Source: Podarcis cretensis (taxonomy: Eukaryota). Taken from it: a stretch of DNA of 64,000 nucleotides. Positions 33,663-48,496 of this stretch are shown one piece after another; positions within the stretch are counted from its first letter, which is position 1, and each line of letters begins with the position of its first letter. The notes below the pieces were generated by a model. The model was not told the DNA's origin. It was given only the letters and a program-made list of their open reading frames with translations, and searched no databases. The translations under genes were made by a program, and so were the position numbers. The stretch is taken from contig OX638150.1 of assembly GCA_951804945.1 (NCBI GenBank), positions 61,256,001 through 61,320,000 of the forward strand, written 5' to 3'.

Positions 33663-35152
33663 GCAACCGTTTGTTTCCTGGGTTTCTTTTCTGGTCTGAG
33701 TGCAGCTTCCAGAAAACACCAGACACAAAATAGAACTAATCCATAAGACATGCCAACATAACTCTATTTCAGAGCTGAACTGCTGGCAACAACAAGAAGA
33801 AAACATGTTGCTAAATGAAGCAAAGGCACGTCTGGCTGCCACATGGATGTTGGAGTCAACACCCTGGATATGATTGTCCTGGGGTTTCATGACCTGCCAT
33901 AGGCAACACACCACCTGAAGGCACATATGCTGCTTCAAAGTACAAAAACACACAATGGTTTATTTATAGACTAATTTATAGCAGTAAAAATATATATAGA
34001 AAAAAATGCTGGGTGGGTGGGGATGGAATGTAAGATTCAAACATGTTTCTTTTAATTGTAAAATGTACTGTAACATTTATTCTACACCTTTACAGGCATG
34101 AAATGTGACATTTTATTTTTAGAGTAAATTCTTAGATTCAGAAATATTTAGTCTGCTTTAAGATTCGCATTAAAAAACCCCAAAAACAACAACAACGAAA
34201 CAACAACCCAGAAATAAGGTACTTAAATAACCTTCAAATTTTATGTTGGGAGTGTTTGTGCATGTTTGGTCCTGGCTTGCAGCAGCAGCAGTTACATTTG
34301 AAAACCAGATTTATTTGGTGGGAAAATATTTATTTGGTGGGAAATTCACACCCAAGCAAACAGTGAATCTGTCATGCTCTCTAGTGCAGAGCACAGTTAT
34401 TATGACTACTGACTACCTTAAACACATTCCTCTCCCAGTCCACAACACAATGTCAGGCTGATCATCTTCTCTCCCACAGGCTTTTCTCAATGCCACACTG
34501 AGCTGCAAATTAGGTAATTAGTAAGCACGCTATTGTATATGAACGCTTATGGTTTTGTCTTCCCTCTCAGAACTTGTGGCAGCATGTGTGAAATGTTTTA
34601 AGAGGAAAACATGTTGAATGGAGTCTGCATGAACAACTGGGGGAAAGATAATTGCCAGCATCACGACGGATGAATGAAGACAGCTATTAAAATACAACAT
34701 ACAAGACAACGCAGTATTAATGACTATTAGCCAGGTAGCTCAATTGAACCTCCATGGGCAGGAGCAGGTCATATCAGCTGGATACGAAGATCAGACAATG
34801 TCAGCATCTTTCTTTATGCCTTGGGTGACTTTAAAAGAGGATTTCACAGATTCAAGGAGAAGCCCATCAACAGTCCATCTACCAGCCAGGGTGGCTATGT
34901 CCCGCCTCCACTGATATTGGCAGCATAGTCCTGAAATACCAGTTGCTGGGCAGAGTGCTCTTAAGCTCAGGACCTGCTTATGGGCATCTCATAGGCTTCT
35001 CTGGTTGGTCACTGTGAGAACAGGACATTGGATTGGACAGGCCAGCAGGCTCTTCTTATATTCTTATGCCTGACTTGATTTTTTCCCTAGGGGCATTAGG
35101 CAAGCCTGGGTTGAAAAACAATGGGCCTTGATGTGATTCAGCAACCCATATA

Positions 35153-35378
35153 CAGTGGTACCTTGGGTTAAGTAATTAATTCATTCCGGAGGTCTGTTCT
35201 TAACCTGAAACTGTTCTTAACCTGAAACACCACTTTAGCTAATGGGGCCTCCTGCTGTTGCCACGTTGCTGGAGCACGATTTCTGTTCTCATCCTGAAGC
35301 AAAGTTCTTAACCCGAGGTACTATTTCTGGGTTAGCAGAGTCTGTAACCTGAAGCGTATGTAACCCGAGGTACCACTG
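35153..35378. mobile_element. Tc1/mariner non-autonomous element (MITE)
   Basis: TIR CAGTGGTACCTYGGGTTA, TA at the left flank; same family at 52601-52805 and 58995-59238. Confidence 0.85.
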
Positions 35379-37178
35379 CAGTCTTTAATGTTGTGTGCCT
35401 ACCAAATTATCAGAAAATCAACCCCGGCTGAAAAAACAGCAGTAGCAAGAGATGATTGATTTTCGGAATGCATCACAGATAAATTGTTTGGAATGCTAAT
35501 GCTTCCTCCTTCCACCTACCGATCCACTACCTACAACAGGGATTCCAAAACACTAGGCTCTCTTCCCTTCTCTTTCATGTGTGTTTCTGATAATCTCACC
35601 ACTAGACCCAGCAGTGTAATCTCCCCTACAAGAGTGTCTAAATTTCATACTCAAGAAGATTAGTTCCATTTATTTATTTGTTCACAGTATGTTGACCAAA
35701 TAGAGCCTCTAATACTCTACCACAGACCTTTACAAAAAGTTATTTCAGTTAGTTAGACATGGCAACCATTTCCGCTACTAATGTGAGCTGACGCTTGAGG
35801 CAGTAATGGTGGGGGGGTGTGAGGGGATCCAAAAGTAAAAATCAGCTACTGTTTCCACATGAGCTCTAATGAAAATTGAGCAATATTAAAAAAAGCAAAT
35901 TAAATGCTATTGTTAAGACCATGCCGTAAGCGTAAGGGCAATTTGCTTGATTGTAGCTTCCAGTGTTATTCCCTGAAATCACAAGGATCAAGGAATGAAA
36001 AGTGATTTTCAAATTTAATTTTACTTGGGAGAGAAAATGGGCCACTGGGCCTTAGTACTGAAAATGCATTTGACGATATAGGCAGGCATGTGCTCAAGTA
36101 TGTACACAACACACACACACATGTTCCACCAAGGTTCTGAATAACCAGTCACTTACTTGCCATTGTTACCATTCTCTCTTCTAAAAACAATGCAACATGG
36201 TTTGGAACGACCGTACATTCCGATTTAACTTATGCTTTTTATTAAGCATTACAGCACCATGCTGCATTAATTATGTGACAATCCCAGAGTAGCACTTTAA
36301 GTGACTGATTGGTTTTGTGAAATAAGAAATTTCTGGACTGAAGGATTTATGGGCTTGACCAAACATCAGTTGGAGGCGGTGTTTAAACATGTTTTAAAAG
36401 TGTTTAAACGTAATTTCTGCTAATACAAATTCCAAGACTGATTTACAGTATTTTTTAATTTGTTGTTTTCAATGCAAAATAAGACATCGTAAGGAAAAGA
36501 CTTACAGAAAAGAGCTACAAGGATGGTAGTCTGCTGTATAGCACTAGTCCAAAAATTCAATTACAATCAGTAAATAACTGTTGCGCTATATATTTATATT
36601 CAGTATATATTTATATATTTATATTCAGAAGACATGCTGCATGCAAAGTGCTGCAATGGCTTTGCATTTAACCTGTGTAATATGCATGGCTGATGATCAC
36701 ACATGCCCATGGTCACATGGAAGAAGTATTCTGTGTACTGCAAGTGGTATACAGTGGCATAAAGGATTCCAGTGCACAATTTTTAAAACCACCATGACTG
36801 TGAGAAGCTCACTGGGTGACCTTGGCCTAGTCACTGTCTCTCAGCCTAACCTACTTCACAGGGCTGTTGTGAGGATAAAATGGGGAGGAGAACGAAGTGT
36901 ACCACCTGGCGGTTCTTGGGAGAAAAGGTGTTATAGAAATGTAACAAACAAACAAACGGTCTTTGCAAGAAGGTATACTATTTCTTGATTTACTCTAAGT
37001 TAAAGAGATAATATTTTAAACCAAGATGCTACAGGAACTGTCTGCAAACATCTACCTTTGCTCTATATTAGCATCTATTTGCACTGTGATGAATCTTACC
37101 TTTTTTTTACATGTTTTGGGGTGGGGTTGTTTTTTAAACAAGATGCAGTTGTGATACTTTTTGTATTTCATTCTGGTA

Positions 37179-37515
37179 AGGTAAAGGGACCCCTGACCAT
37201 TAGGTCCAGTCGTGACTGACTCTGGGGTTGCGGCGCTCATCTTGCTTTATTGGCTGAGGGAGCCGGCGTACAGCTTCCGGGTCATGTGGCCAGCATATGG
37301 CGAACCAGAGCAGCGCACGAAAACGCCATTTCCCTTCCCGCCGGAGTGGTACCTATTTATCTACTTGCACTGGCATACTTTCAATCTGCTAGGTTGGCAG
37401 AAGCTGGGACCAAGCAACGGGAGCTCACCCCATCGCAGGGATTCAAACCGCCAACCTTCTGATCGGCAAGTCCTAGGCTCTGTGGTTTAACCCACAGCGC
37501 CACCTACGTCCCTTC
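37179..37515 (-). mobile_element. Sauria SINE
   Basis: Characteristic ggtaaagggacccctgacc...ggtttaacccacagcgccacc; 14-bp TSD ATTTCATTCTGGTA (37165-37178 and 37516-37529). Confidence 0.9.
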
Positions 37516-38380
37516 ATTTCATTCTGGTATTATGGTATAATATTTAATCATTATTTGGTGCATGTAGAGCCTTCACTTTCTGATTTATTTTTAAGGTTAC
37601 TGCATAAATGTGTAATCAAACAAATAAATCTATTGCAGAAAGCACTGGGATAAACTTGCTCATGAGAACCTTGCGTGTTTAGAGAATTGCGGTCTAATTC
37701 TGAGTAAGTCCAAAATATATCAGCACAAACTAAAGTAAAATGCATCACTCTATATATGTTCCTGTTATGAGCATTGGCAGAAAAAAGTCCAATTCTGAAT
37801 GTTCTCCAGTCTTAGAGCTGCCTATTCCTGGGGGAAGCATTGCCAGAATCATGTGACTTGGTGAACTGTAAGTAATCTGGCAATTTCCTCATCCTATCAG
37901 AAGGAGTGAAGTGTTCTGAGGCTGCATGTTTAGCTAGGATGAAGATTAAAAACAAAACAAAACATACTTTGGGTTACAAAGTAAAGTATTGGCTGAGAAA
38001 AACTTTTTGACAACTAGCCACTTGCTCATTCAAAGCCATCCTCCTTGTTTTCCATTAGGACCCCTCTGCACAATCACTTCATTGCACAATAAATGTGCAT
38101 ATGTTTCTCATTTGCTGCTCGCAGTGCCCATCCCTTCCTCTCAATACTGTACTTCTGTTGCTGTGAGATTGCATTTCAAAGGGCTCAAAATGCAATGTTT
38201 CTGTACTAAAGTGGATGTAATATTTTGCCCGGATAGTCCATTTATGATTATTGTGTAGAACATTATAACAGTGAGTGTCTTAAACATCCTACTGCATTTT
38301 TCTGTGTGATATGCAATTAGTCAGAACTGACACAGCACTTCTTGCTTCATGCCCATACCATGTTGCAGTTTTCTTTTGTT

Positions 38381-38399
38381 TTCTTCTTCCTCTTCTTCT

Positions 38400-38464
<65 letters not shown>

Positions 38465-38467
38465 TTC
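38381..38467. repeat. (CTT)n microsatellite
   Basis: Direct reading. Confidence 0.9.
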
Positions 38468-38809
38468 AATATAGAATTACCACAGACATAGAATAACATG
38501 TCTTGTTGATGAAGAACCAGCATGGCTTTTGCAAGTGTAAGTCCTGTTTAACTAGCCTTTTAGAGTTTTTCAAAAGTATATGGATATGAATGATTCAGTA
38601 AAAATCTCAAAAAATTCCTACACCGGAGACTTCTGAGTAAGCTTAGCAGTCATGGGATAACAGGGCAGGTCCTTTAATGGATCAGTACCTGCTAAAGAAC
38701 AGAAAGCAGAGAGTAGGAAGAAATGGGCGATTTTAACAATGCAGGAAGTGAAGACCCTAAAGGACCTCTGCTTTTTAACTTGTTTGTGGGTGACCTTGAT
38801 TTAGGGGTG

Positions 38810-39190
38810 AGATGCGAAGAGACCAAATTGTTCGGGATGGTAAGAACAAAGAGGAATTGCAAGGTGCTCCAAAGGGTTGTCTACAAACTGGGTAAATGAG
38901 CATTAAAATGGCAAATGTATTTCAATGTGAACAAATATAAAATGGTGCACATTAGGGCAAAAGAATCCTATTCACATATGGGCATCTGAGCTGGTGTTGA
39001 CTGACCAGTAAAGAGGTCCCAGAGTCATCAAAGATGGCTAAATTAAAATTTTGACCCAGAGTCCAGCAGCTGTGCAAAAGGCAAGTTCCATGTTAGGGAT
39101 CTTTATGAATGGGATTGAAAATAAAACTGCCAGTACTGTATTATAATGTCATTATACAAAAATACGGTCCAATCATACTTGGAATATAAG
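38810..39190 (+). mobile_element. Degenerate CR1 LINE ORF2 fragment
   Basis: Remnant of the WQM-FN-KCK-MH-G motif (tggcaaatgtatttcaatgtgaacaaatataaaatggtgcacattaggg). Confidence 0.65.
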
Positions 39191-40239
39191 GATATCAACA
39201 AACAGGTTGGAGAAGGCTGGCATATACATTTTGCAGATATTGTCTGAGGTTAACCAGAACCTCCACCAGCATCTTGTCTATGTCTCACATTTGGCTGCCA
39301 CCTTTCTTCTTTCTTCTCACTTTCTGAAGACTCAGGTCTGCAGTTTTCCTTAGCTCCAGCAATCAAGCAGCAGCTGCAACCCCAGAAAAAGGAGTGGGGA
39401 AGTGGAGGGACCCACAGGCAGGGCAATGCTCAAGAAAGGGATATATTGGGACCACATGAAAAGTAGGGCTGAGAAGGGGAAAGGAAGGGTGGTGGCAAAT
39501 CTGCTTGTTTTTGTTTAAGCAAAGTTCATGCTTATAATTATATATTTCACATGAAATCAATTTTGCTTTTTTCAAGCCATACTGTTATTCTGAGTGTGTT
39601 TCCCATCATTGTTGGGTTGGTTTTTTTTTATTGTCTGTGCAATAAGAAGCTGAGGAATGGGTTATCTGTCAGCTCAAACAGCTGGCTCCTGCACTAGCCT
39701 TGTGGATTATCCCTCCCTCTTCTGGAGCCATTCCCACCTATTCTCCTGCTGATATACTTTACATCACTGCAAAGAGTAGAGGAATTATAGGTACACAAAA
39801 CCAGATGATCTCTTCCTTGAAATGATTCCAAACATTCAGTTTTGTTGCAAAAGAATATTTGAACATCAATGTAAAAAACAGATAGAAGACTTCTAAAGTA
39901 CCCCATGGGAATTTGTTGCTGCCAACCATTTCACTTTCTCTTGTGAAAGCAATAAATCCTTGTATTCCTTTCTAAAGATGATTATGCCAATTGAGACTGT
40001 TTCATCTGTTCATCAGGCAAGCTATGCATCTCCCAATACCCATACAGATTTGCAGGGAGAAAAAAGATATCTGAGAACAACCTATGGTGTAGCATATCAA
40101 ACACGTTTTGAAGTGCAACATGTTTTTTAGCATACACAATACAAGCACATACTAAGTACATAATATATGAAGCAGTCCTAACAGAAGAAACCAGAGACAG
40201 GAACCAGGACTATCCATAAGGGCTACACTATATCTACTA

Positions 40240-40800
40240 CAGAATCAGAGTTTGATGAGACCTCAAAAGTTATCTAGCCCAGCTTCTGCCGATGCAGGAA
40301 ACCCATTCCTGATAGTGACTATCCAGCCTCTGTTTAAAAACATCTAATGAGGGAAAGTCCACTACTTTCCCAGGCTATCTGTTCCATGAGCAAACAGCTT
40401 GCACTGCCATGAAATCCTTCCTAATGTTTTGTCTAATCCTTTTCCTTGTAATTTGAACCCACTGGCTCATGCCCTACCCTCTGGAGCAACAGACAGAAAA
40501 ATTGCTCCATCCTCTATGTGGCAGCCCTTCAAACAGCTATTGTACCACCTCTTATAAGTCTTTTCTCCAGGCTAGACATACCAACTCTTTCAACATTTTC
40601 CTCATAGGAAATGGTCTCTGTCACTCCCCTCTGGACACATTTCAGCTTGTTGATATCCTTCTCAAACTGTGCTGCCCAGAACTGGACAAGGTGCTCCTGA
40701 TGAGGTCTGAGAGAAGGACCTTTACTCCTTATGCTTTCCACATTTCAACTGCTTCAACCCAGAATTGCAGCAGCTTTATTTTATATTTTTGGCCACCATA
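40240..40800 (-). mobile_element. Degenerate CR1 LINE 3' fragment
   Basis: Minus-strand RPHQEHLVQFWAAQFEKDINKLKCVQR resembles the CR1 ORF2 C-terminus. Confidence 0.75.
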
Positions 40801-43800
40801 TCACACAGCTGACTACATGTGTCATAAAGTTCTAAGGTTTTGACTATTGGGCTTGTTCCTGTATGCTTTCTGCACTGGTCAGGTCTTTATTCTCCATATT
40901 GTTGCTAAAGAACCCCCAATTTTAATTGTGTAGCAAACAGCACACCAAAACCATCATCAAATAATAAGTCACTAACTTCTTTGAAAGTAGGTACCAAGGC
41001 AACAAGAAATGGCTACATGATGGAGCATTAGAACATACTGCAGGAAAATAACCACATCAGTTGCTGCCCCAATGTTTTTTTGATCTACACATGGGTTATA
41101 GTTTTAAGGTGCTGCATAGGACTCTTTTTGGAATCACTAAACTGACCTTTCATCCCTAAGCCAGATGAACTCCAAGGCTAGGCCAAGAGAAACTGAGGAC
41201 TGAGATCTAAAGAGCCCTTGTGAATGTTTGCAGCACATTTACATTCTCATTGAGAGGGAGGCAAATTTACCCTTGTGGCTGGAACACCTGTACCCCATGA
41301 AATGCTGGAGCAGAACCCCATCCTGCCTCCAAGTAGCAATGGGAGATTTACTTTCAGGGTTAATCAGCTGGTGGGGATTTTTGTCTGGATTACACAGGGA
41401 AAGATAATTCAACCTTCTCTTGTCACATAATAAAATCCTTGCAAAACTCCTGACCCCCACCATGTGCCCCCTGTTAATGCTCAACACCACATTTAGCTTG
41501 GCCCATAAATGGTAGCTTCTAATTAAGACAGGGGAAAGTAAAGAGGTACACTCAGGCAAACCCTTGGGGTGGTGGGGCTAAACATACATACTATCACTGG
41601 TGACCCAGTGACACATGGGACTCAAGTGTGTCCTGTACTGCAGCCCCTTTACTTTGCTCAATAAAGAAAACAATGGAAACTATAGAGAACTAAGCCAGCT
41701 CCTGTCTCCATAACTCCACTCTGATCACAGTAGAGTGTGGCTAAACACTGGGACATCCATATCTCATTCCTCTGTATTGCACTGTTACAAACTCCTTTCC
41801 CTGTGAACCTGGAGCTCTACTAGAAGGCAACAATATACAGTTTGGGAATCATTGCTAGGCCAAGCCACTGACATACTGGTTGCATGAGCTGTTTTGGGGG
41901 TATGGGATCTCCCACTGCTCAGGGAGCTAAATTGCTTATTCATCTTCCACAAAGGCAGAGAAAGTTCGGCTGGGATTAAACTTTCAGGGCAGGCTGGAGA
42001 TTGGGAAATACATTTCAGGATGCAACCAGCTAATCGACAGGGAGCCCAGAAGCAAGGAGACCAGAGAAAGGGCACATAACAAGGGAATGGACTGAAAATG
42101 AGGAAGCGTTGTGGACTTGAGTAAAAAGGCAAAAGGAGAAAAGGGATTTGAAGCAAGAAGGGGCTTTGAAGAAACAAGGTCATGAGAAAGCTCATGCTAC
42201 GGACTGGAGGGCAAAGGAGGGACTGAGGCAGTAGTGCTGGAAAGGTTGGTCAAGGGACTGGAAGTGGATGTTGCGTCTCAGAGTCTGCAGTGATACTTCT
42301 ACAGGCACCTCAAAGGAGCAACGAGAGCCAAAAAGAAATGCTGAAGTTGTATGGGCTGATGTTTAGCTATTTATGTCCTAACTACATGTGACATTAGCCA
42401 GGGTGGGGGGCACCAAATGGGAGTCATCTGCCCCCTGCCCCCATGCTAACTGTTGCGTGGGGAACAGCAGGTTTCATGGAGATTGCAGCTTGGGAGGGCA
42501 CACTGCACACTTAATAACAGTTGTCACATGTAGTTAGAACCCGATTTCAGCTAATCAGTGAGTTCTTTGGCTGCAAGCCAAAGCCAGGAACTTATTGCAC
42601 TACTTTGCTAAGCTGCTGGATGAAACTGATTACTCACTGTTAGTATTCTGTCTTACTTCCATTATACTTATCTCCCGGCATCATCTTAGAACTACAGAGA
42701 TAAACGATCTCACATGGGCGAGCTGTAGCTACAGGCAAAACTACTTGCAAGAGAAAGAGTAGACGTGAGTAGACACAAGAAAGAGTAGGGAAAGATGAAA
42801 GTATTACAAAGCATGGTGGAGCTACCTAGTCAGTCAAAGATGTTAACAGAATTCTTCAGCTGGACACCATTTGCAGAGAATAATATATACCGATGTCACA
42901 AAATGTTCTTTTAAAAAAACCTGAACAGTAAAACAGATGGTCTGTGCTACTTTTTGAACCAATGACCCATGGCACTGTTGGACAACTAGTTCTTTCTGCA
43001 TGTGCCTGTCTTAATGTTCTCAAGGTCTTTAGCTTGAATTAAGATGGAATGATTATCACACATATGCTGACAATTCACTAACTTTCAAGGTTGTCACATT
43101 CTGACTGGCTTGTAAATGTTCCTTTAAGAAAAGTTTACTATGGTATCACTGTTTATATATGTGTAGTCTAAGGTTACCAGATGTCCCTGTTTTCTGGGGA
43201 CAGTCCCCAGATTTATAGCTTTCTCAGCATTCAAATGTACATAGCAAACAATAAGTGTCCCCAGATTCATTGAAAAAAAATATGATAACCTTAGTGTAGT
43301 CACGCTTCAAAAAGTTTAGATAGCCATGTGTATTCCTAAATAAGCTCTTTCGGTGCAGTAAGTGGGCATCATTTAGGGGCAAGGATTTACTGAGGATTTG
43401 TTCTTTGGCACACTTTATTTCTTGCAGATTTGGCCGTCTACATTTTTGCTATGTTTATTATATCTTATGTCGGCTTTCCTATGTTTAATTATCTAGACTG
43501 GGTGAAACTCCTAATTGCTTATTGGAGGAGGAAACATACACAAGTTGTTTGAGGCCAACATATAAAAACTGCTGTTATAATGCTACTTATTTTTATTCTA
43601 CAAAGCATTAGCGTTGAACAATCTGGAACAGAATTCCCATGTTTTGTCCCCAGCCCCAGTTCTATCTAATCCCACCCACCCAAATTAGAGCGCTGTCAAA
43701 GCATTCCTAGTTTCTTGGGGAAGAAGAGCCCAGGAAGAGTAAAGAGTGTGGGTGGGAGAGGGGACTGAGAAAAGAGAACAGGTCCAGCTTTACTTAAAAA

Positions 43801-44222
43801 GAAAATAAGAGATTTAGGCATTTATTTAGTTGAAATATTTTGAGCCCATCTTTCATTGCAAAGCTATACTAGGCTGTGGGGTACAGTAAAATAAATTACA
43901 ACTAAAAGTTCAAAACCACAAAGCATAAAGTGAGAACAGATCCATGTCACAGAATCAATAACAATATGCATAATACAAAACCCGGCCAAACATAATTCAG
44001 GGGGGACAGCATTCCAAGACTACCCTATGAACTTCATAACTGAGTGGGGATCGGAGCTTGGGTCTGCCTAGTCCCCTAAATATCACTACACCATGCAGGC
44101 TCTTCAGGTGAAATAGAAACATTTTTTTGAAAAAAATATTAATTCCATAAACTCATTTTTACAATTTTATTTTTATCCTGCATTTCTTTCAAATACTTCC
44201 CAATTTAGCCTCACAATAATAA

Positions 44223-44261
<39 letters not shown>

Positions 44262-44724
44262 CGTCCCCCCCCCCCCCCGAGAGAGAGAGAGAAACTGAAA
44301 TTCACCCAATGAACTTTGGAGCTAAGTGCGATTTGAACTTCAAACTTTATCTTCTATGACACACTGGATCTTAGGAAAAATTACATCAATACTGGTCAAA
44401 ACTGCAAACTGCTGACTATCCATGTACTGATTATTTTAGGAAAATGAGCCAGTGTTTTAGATATATTTAGCAATTCTGTATACAATAAATCTTTCAACCC
44501 TTCCTAATTAGTACTTTGAATACTTTATTAGGAATAGTCAATCCTTTTCAGCCATTTATTCAAAGAATAACAAAACCCAGAATTGTATAATAAAAATCCT
44601 ATAAATTCTGAAGCCCAACAATTACTGGATGTGATAGTTTTTTTGGTAGAAGCTGGTGGTACACAAGAACCAGTTGTAAAACCGAAAATGTTCAGGTAGG
44701 GACCTTGATTTTCTATTTTTTGTT

Positions 44725-45121
44725 GGCAGTACGTTTCCAAGCACAATTCAAAGTGTTGGTGCTGACCTTTAAAGCCCTAAACGGCCTCGGTCCTGTATAC
44801 CTGAAGGAGCGTCTCCACCCCCATCATTCAGTCTGGACACTGAGATCCAGTGCCAAGGGCCTTCTGGCAGTTCTCTCATTGCGAGAAGTGAGGTTACAGG
44901 GAACCAGACAGAGGGCCTTCTCGGTAGTGGCACCCACCCTGTGGAACACCCTCCCTTCAGATGTGAAGGAAATAAGCAGCTATCCTAACTTTAAAAGACA
45001 TCTGAAGGCAGCCCTGTTTAGGGAAGTTTTTAATATTTAATGCTGTAATGTTTTTAACACTTGATTGGGAGCCGCCCAGAATGGCTGGGGAGACTCAGCC
45101 AGATGGGAAGGGTACAAATAA

Positions 45122-45168
<47 letters not shown>
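44725..45168 (+). mobile_element. L2-clade LINE 3' fragment with (TTA)n tail
   Basis: VRFQAQFKVLVLTFKALNGLGPVYLKERL...RAFSVVAPTLWNTLP...FKRHLKAALF. Confidence 0.85.
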
Positions 45169-48131
45169 CCATCTGTTTCAGGAGACAATGAAGGAGTATG
45201 TCTTTGGGGTGAAGTCAATATGTTCGAAGGTTGCAGAGCCTGCTGTAGCTGTAGAGACTGATGCGGGAGAGACATGTTTTGTTGCAGCTGGGGCAGATGA
45301 AGGCATCCAGTTGTGCTGCTGCAGATGCACCACGGCGTTTCTTCCCTCTGCGCTCCTCCCAACAGTCCTTATTCGTCTGGTTGGGAAAGGCTGCTGTAGG
45401 ACACGGCAGCAGGGATGGGAGCAGCCTAACATTAGGTCTTCCATTGAAAGAGCCATTTAAGGCCTCAAACGCTACAGCTCACCCTAAGAAAGTATTTTAA
45501 GGCATTAAAACAAAATAAAAGCAAATCTCCTACCTTTTTGAAAATGTGGGCAGCATTGCTGAGCGGCAGATGCGAGGTGGGGAATATGTACCTTTGTTAT
45601 CAATGGCTTTGTGAGCACTATCCAATCAGGTCTGTCTGAACAGCTGCAGAACCTTCTGCCATACACAAAAGAATCTCATGACAGTTTAGGAGCTATCTGA
45701 AAGGGGAGCTGAATTTAGCTAGCAGCAACAAATCTTCCTGAGGAGGCATGGCACAGATGGAAAGTATCTCTATCAAAAGAATTGTGAGCCTGTCCTCACT
45801 CCTTACAAAAAAGAATAATTCCTTGCCTATGGCTTGACTTCATTGTTTCCCCCCACAAATGTATTGTAGTTATTTCTTGTGGAATGCATGAGAAGAACAA
45901 TAGATATAACTTGCTCCAACCCAAAATTACAAACTGGAGTAACCAAAATCCTACCACACATGTGGGGCAATAAAAAGTTGCTACTATAGCAAGGAAAATC
46001 TCATAAAATCCTCAAAGTGGAGTCCACTTTGCTTTTCCATAACAGATTTTCCATAGTTTTCAAGCAATGCTTTCTCTTAAAAGACAAACAATGTTGTCAG
46101 TTTCTAACATCCACTGCTTCCCTAACATACAACGCAACACAAAACATTACAATTAAATCCTTACAATTATAAAAACAGTGCTGACATCTATGTTCCTCAA
46201 TAACAAAGTATGTCCCTGGGCATGCTGCGAATCAAGGCAATATATTTTCCTAAAATAAGGATTTTGACTCAGATTTAGATTTTGAGTTATCAAAACCTGG
46301 GCAAGTTAAGATGTCCTTTGTTTTTCCTGCTCAAGATAGAAACTGCTATACATTGGATTTGAGCTTGGGCACTGTTGAATAGCTTTGGGAAGAAGAGGGT
46401 GATGCACCAATCAATATCTAAAGAGGAAGGATCTGCTAAATTCTAATGAGAAAAGAAGAAATGCTGACTAATTCACAAAGTGTTCAGTGTTGTACTGGGG
46501 ATTGAAAGTCAAAGTGATGAATGACAATTAAACATGTTTTTGCCTTGGGATTCAACTGATGACACACTATCATGGAGAAGATCCTCCAAGGAAGTTTTGC
46601 CCACAGCAGCTCTATTTGTTGACTGTAAGAAACTGTCTTGTATGTGGTGAGATTGTCCATCCATGTAGTCCAGTATCACCTAGGAGCAACTACTCTAACT
46701 GACTGTATCTATTCAGGGTTGTTCCCATAATCTTCTACTTCAGATATTTTCAGATGGAGATGCCTGGGATTGAATCTGGGACCTTTTGTCTGCAATGCAT
46801 TTGCTCTACCATTAAGCTATGGTAGCTCCCCTAAAAGCATACACTGAGGTTCTCATTCCTTTAGCTCTTCTTTCTGCCTTTCTTATCAGCGCTCACTGCA
46901 TGTACCTGACTCTTTAACATGCTGTTGAGTGTATCTCAAAGATGGGGTCAGCTGATCAAAAGTTCACATTTTTTTTAACCTTTTCTTCTTCCCAGTCCCC
47001 AAAGCACAGTATGTTTTACTGGTACTGCTAAAATAATCAGGTCATCACTGCTTATTTTTTGTATAAATAATTTGAACCATTAAATAGCAACAACGGGAAA
47101 ATCTGGCTGCATTTATGGGCTAGCTGAAAAGGTCTACTTCTAGTGTTTGCACTTGCATCTGTTTTTCATTTTCCCTCTTCTTACTCTCTTCCAGATGTAG
47201 CTGTCTACAGTGCTAATATAAGCATCAGAAACTATCCCTGTCCTAGCTTTTCTTTAACCCAATCTCCTTCTTTATAATATATTGCTGTTGCAGTTTATGA
47301 GGATAAATGCCCACCAGCAGGCAAACACAAGACTGGGCAGCGTATAAAATCAAAATTAACGAGCCCATGTCTGAGGACCTTCTAATAAGCCATTAAATCA
47401 AGAACAGCTAAAACATGTAGAAATTGGAAAATAGAGCATATTCTGCTTTATCCTCAGCCTCAGTAATTTATTATGCCCTTAACGCCCCATTGACTCCAAT
47501 AGAACTACTTGCAAAGCAAGTGGCATATGCCACTTGGAGTAAAGGGTAATACAAACTGGACCTAACACATGCTAATATTTTGGCAAACATGAAAGCAGAT
47601 CCTGATGTTCTATGTTCTCATCCCTATTGTTTTCCAGTTCAGTGTGGCAGTGTTTATTCTTACAAATTCTGGTGAGGGGAAAAACAAAACAAATGTTAGT
47701 TCTGAAACATTATTTTTTATCGTAATGGCATATGGTTTAGTAGAAGGAAATGCATTTAATGTGATTCAGAGATGGCCGTAGTGTGCATGTCCCAGGCAAC
47801 GTATCAGACTGAAGTCATAAAGCCATGCTGATAACTTGCCCTCCCCCTCCAATGGAAGGTTTGCTCAGCACAGTGAACCTCTTTCCATAGGTTCCTCTTG
47901 AATGCTCTTGCAATATACTTTAATAGTATAACAATACATAATAAATACAGCACAATAAAAGGTCTGGGGAAATACTCCAGACTTTGCAGTATGAGGAGAT
48001 TCTAATCCCGTAGGATAACTTCTGCATGCACTTCCTTCCCTGATCCCCTCGGTAGAAAGGTTGGCAATAAAGCAAGAACGACAGTCAAACAAATTTGCAT
48101 TTATTTATTTAACACCCTGCCTTTATTGCAT

Positions 48132-48496
48132 GAAAAAAGGTAAAGGACCCCTGACTGTTAAGTCCAGTCACGAACGACTCTGGGGTTGTGGCGCTCATTT
48201 TGCTTTACTGGCCGAGGGAGCCGACGTTTGTCTGCAGACAGTTTTTTCCGGGTCATATGGCCAGCATGACTAAGCCACTTCTGGCGAACCAGAGCAGCGC
48301 ACGGAAATGCCATTTACCTTCCTGACGGAGCAGTACCTATTTATCTACTTGCACTTGGACGTGCTTTCGAACTGCTAGGTGGGCAGGAGCTGGGACCGAA
48401 CAACGGGAGCTCACCCTGTCCCAGGGATTTGAACCGCTGACCTTCTGATCGGCAAGCCCTAGGCTCAGTGGTTTAGACCACAGCACCACCCGCATA
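48132..48496 (-). mobile_element. Sauria SINE
   Basis: Homologous to 37179-37515; TSD TTTATTGCAT. Confidence 0.88.
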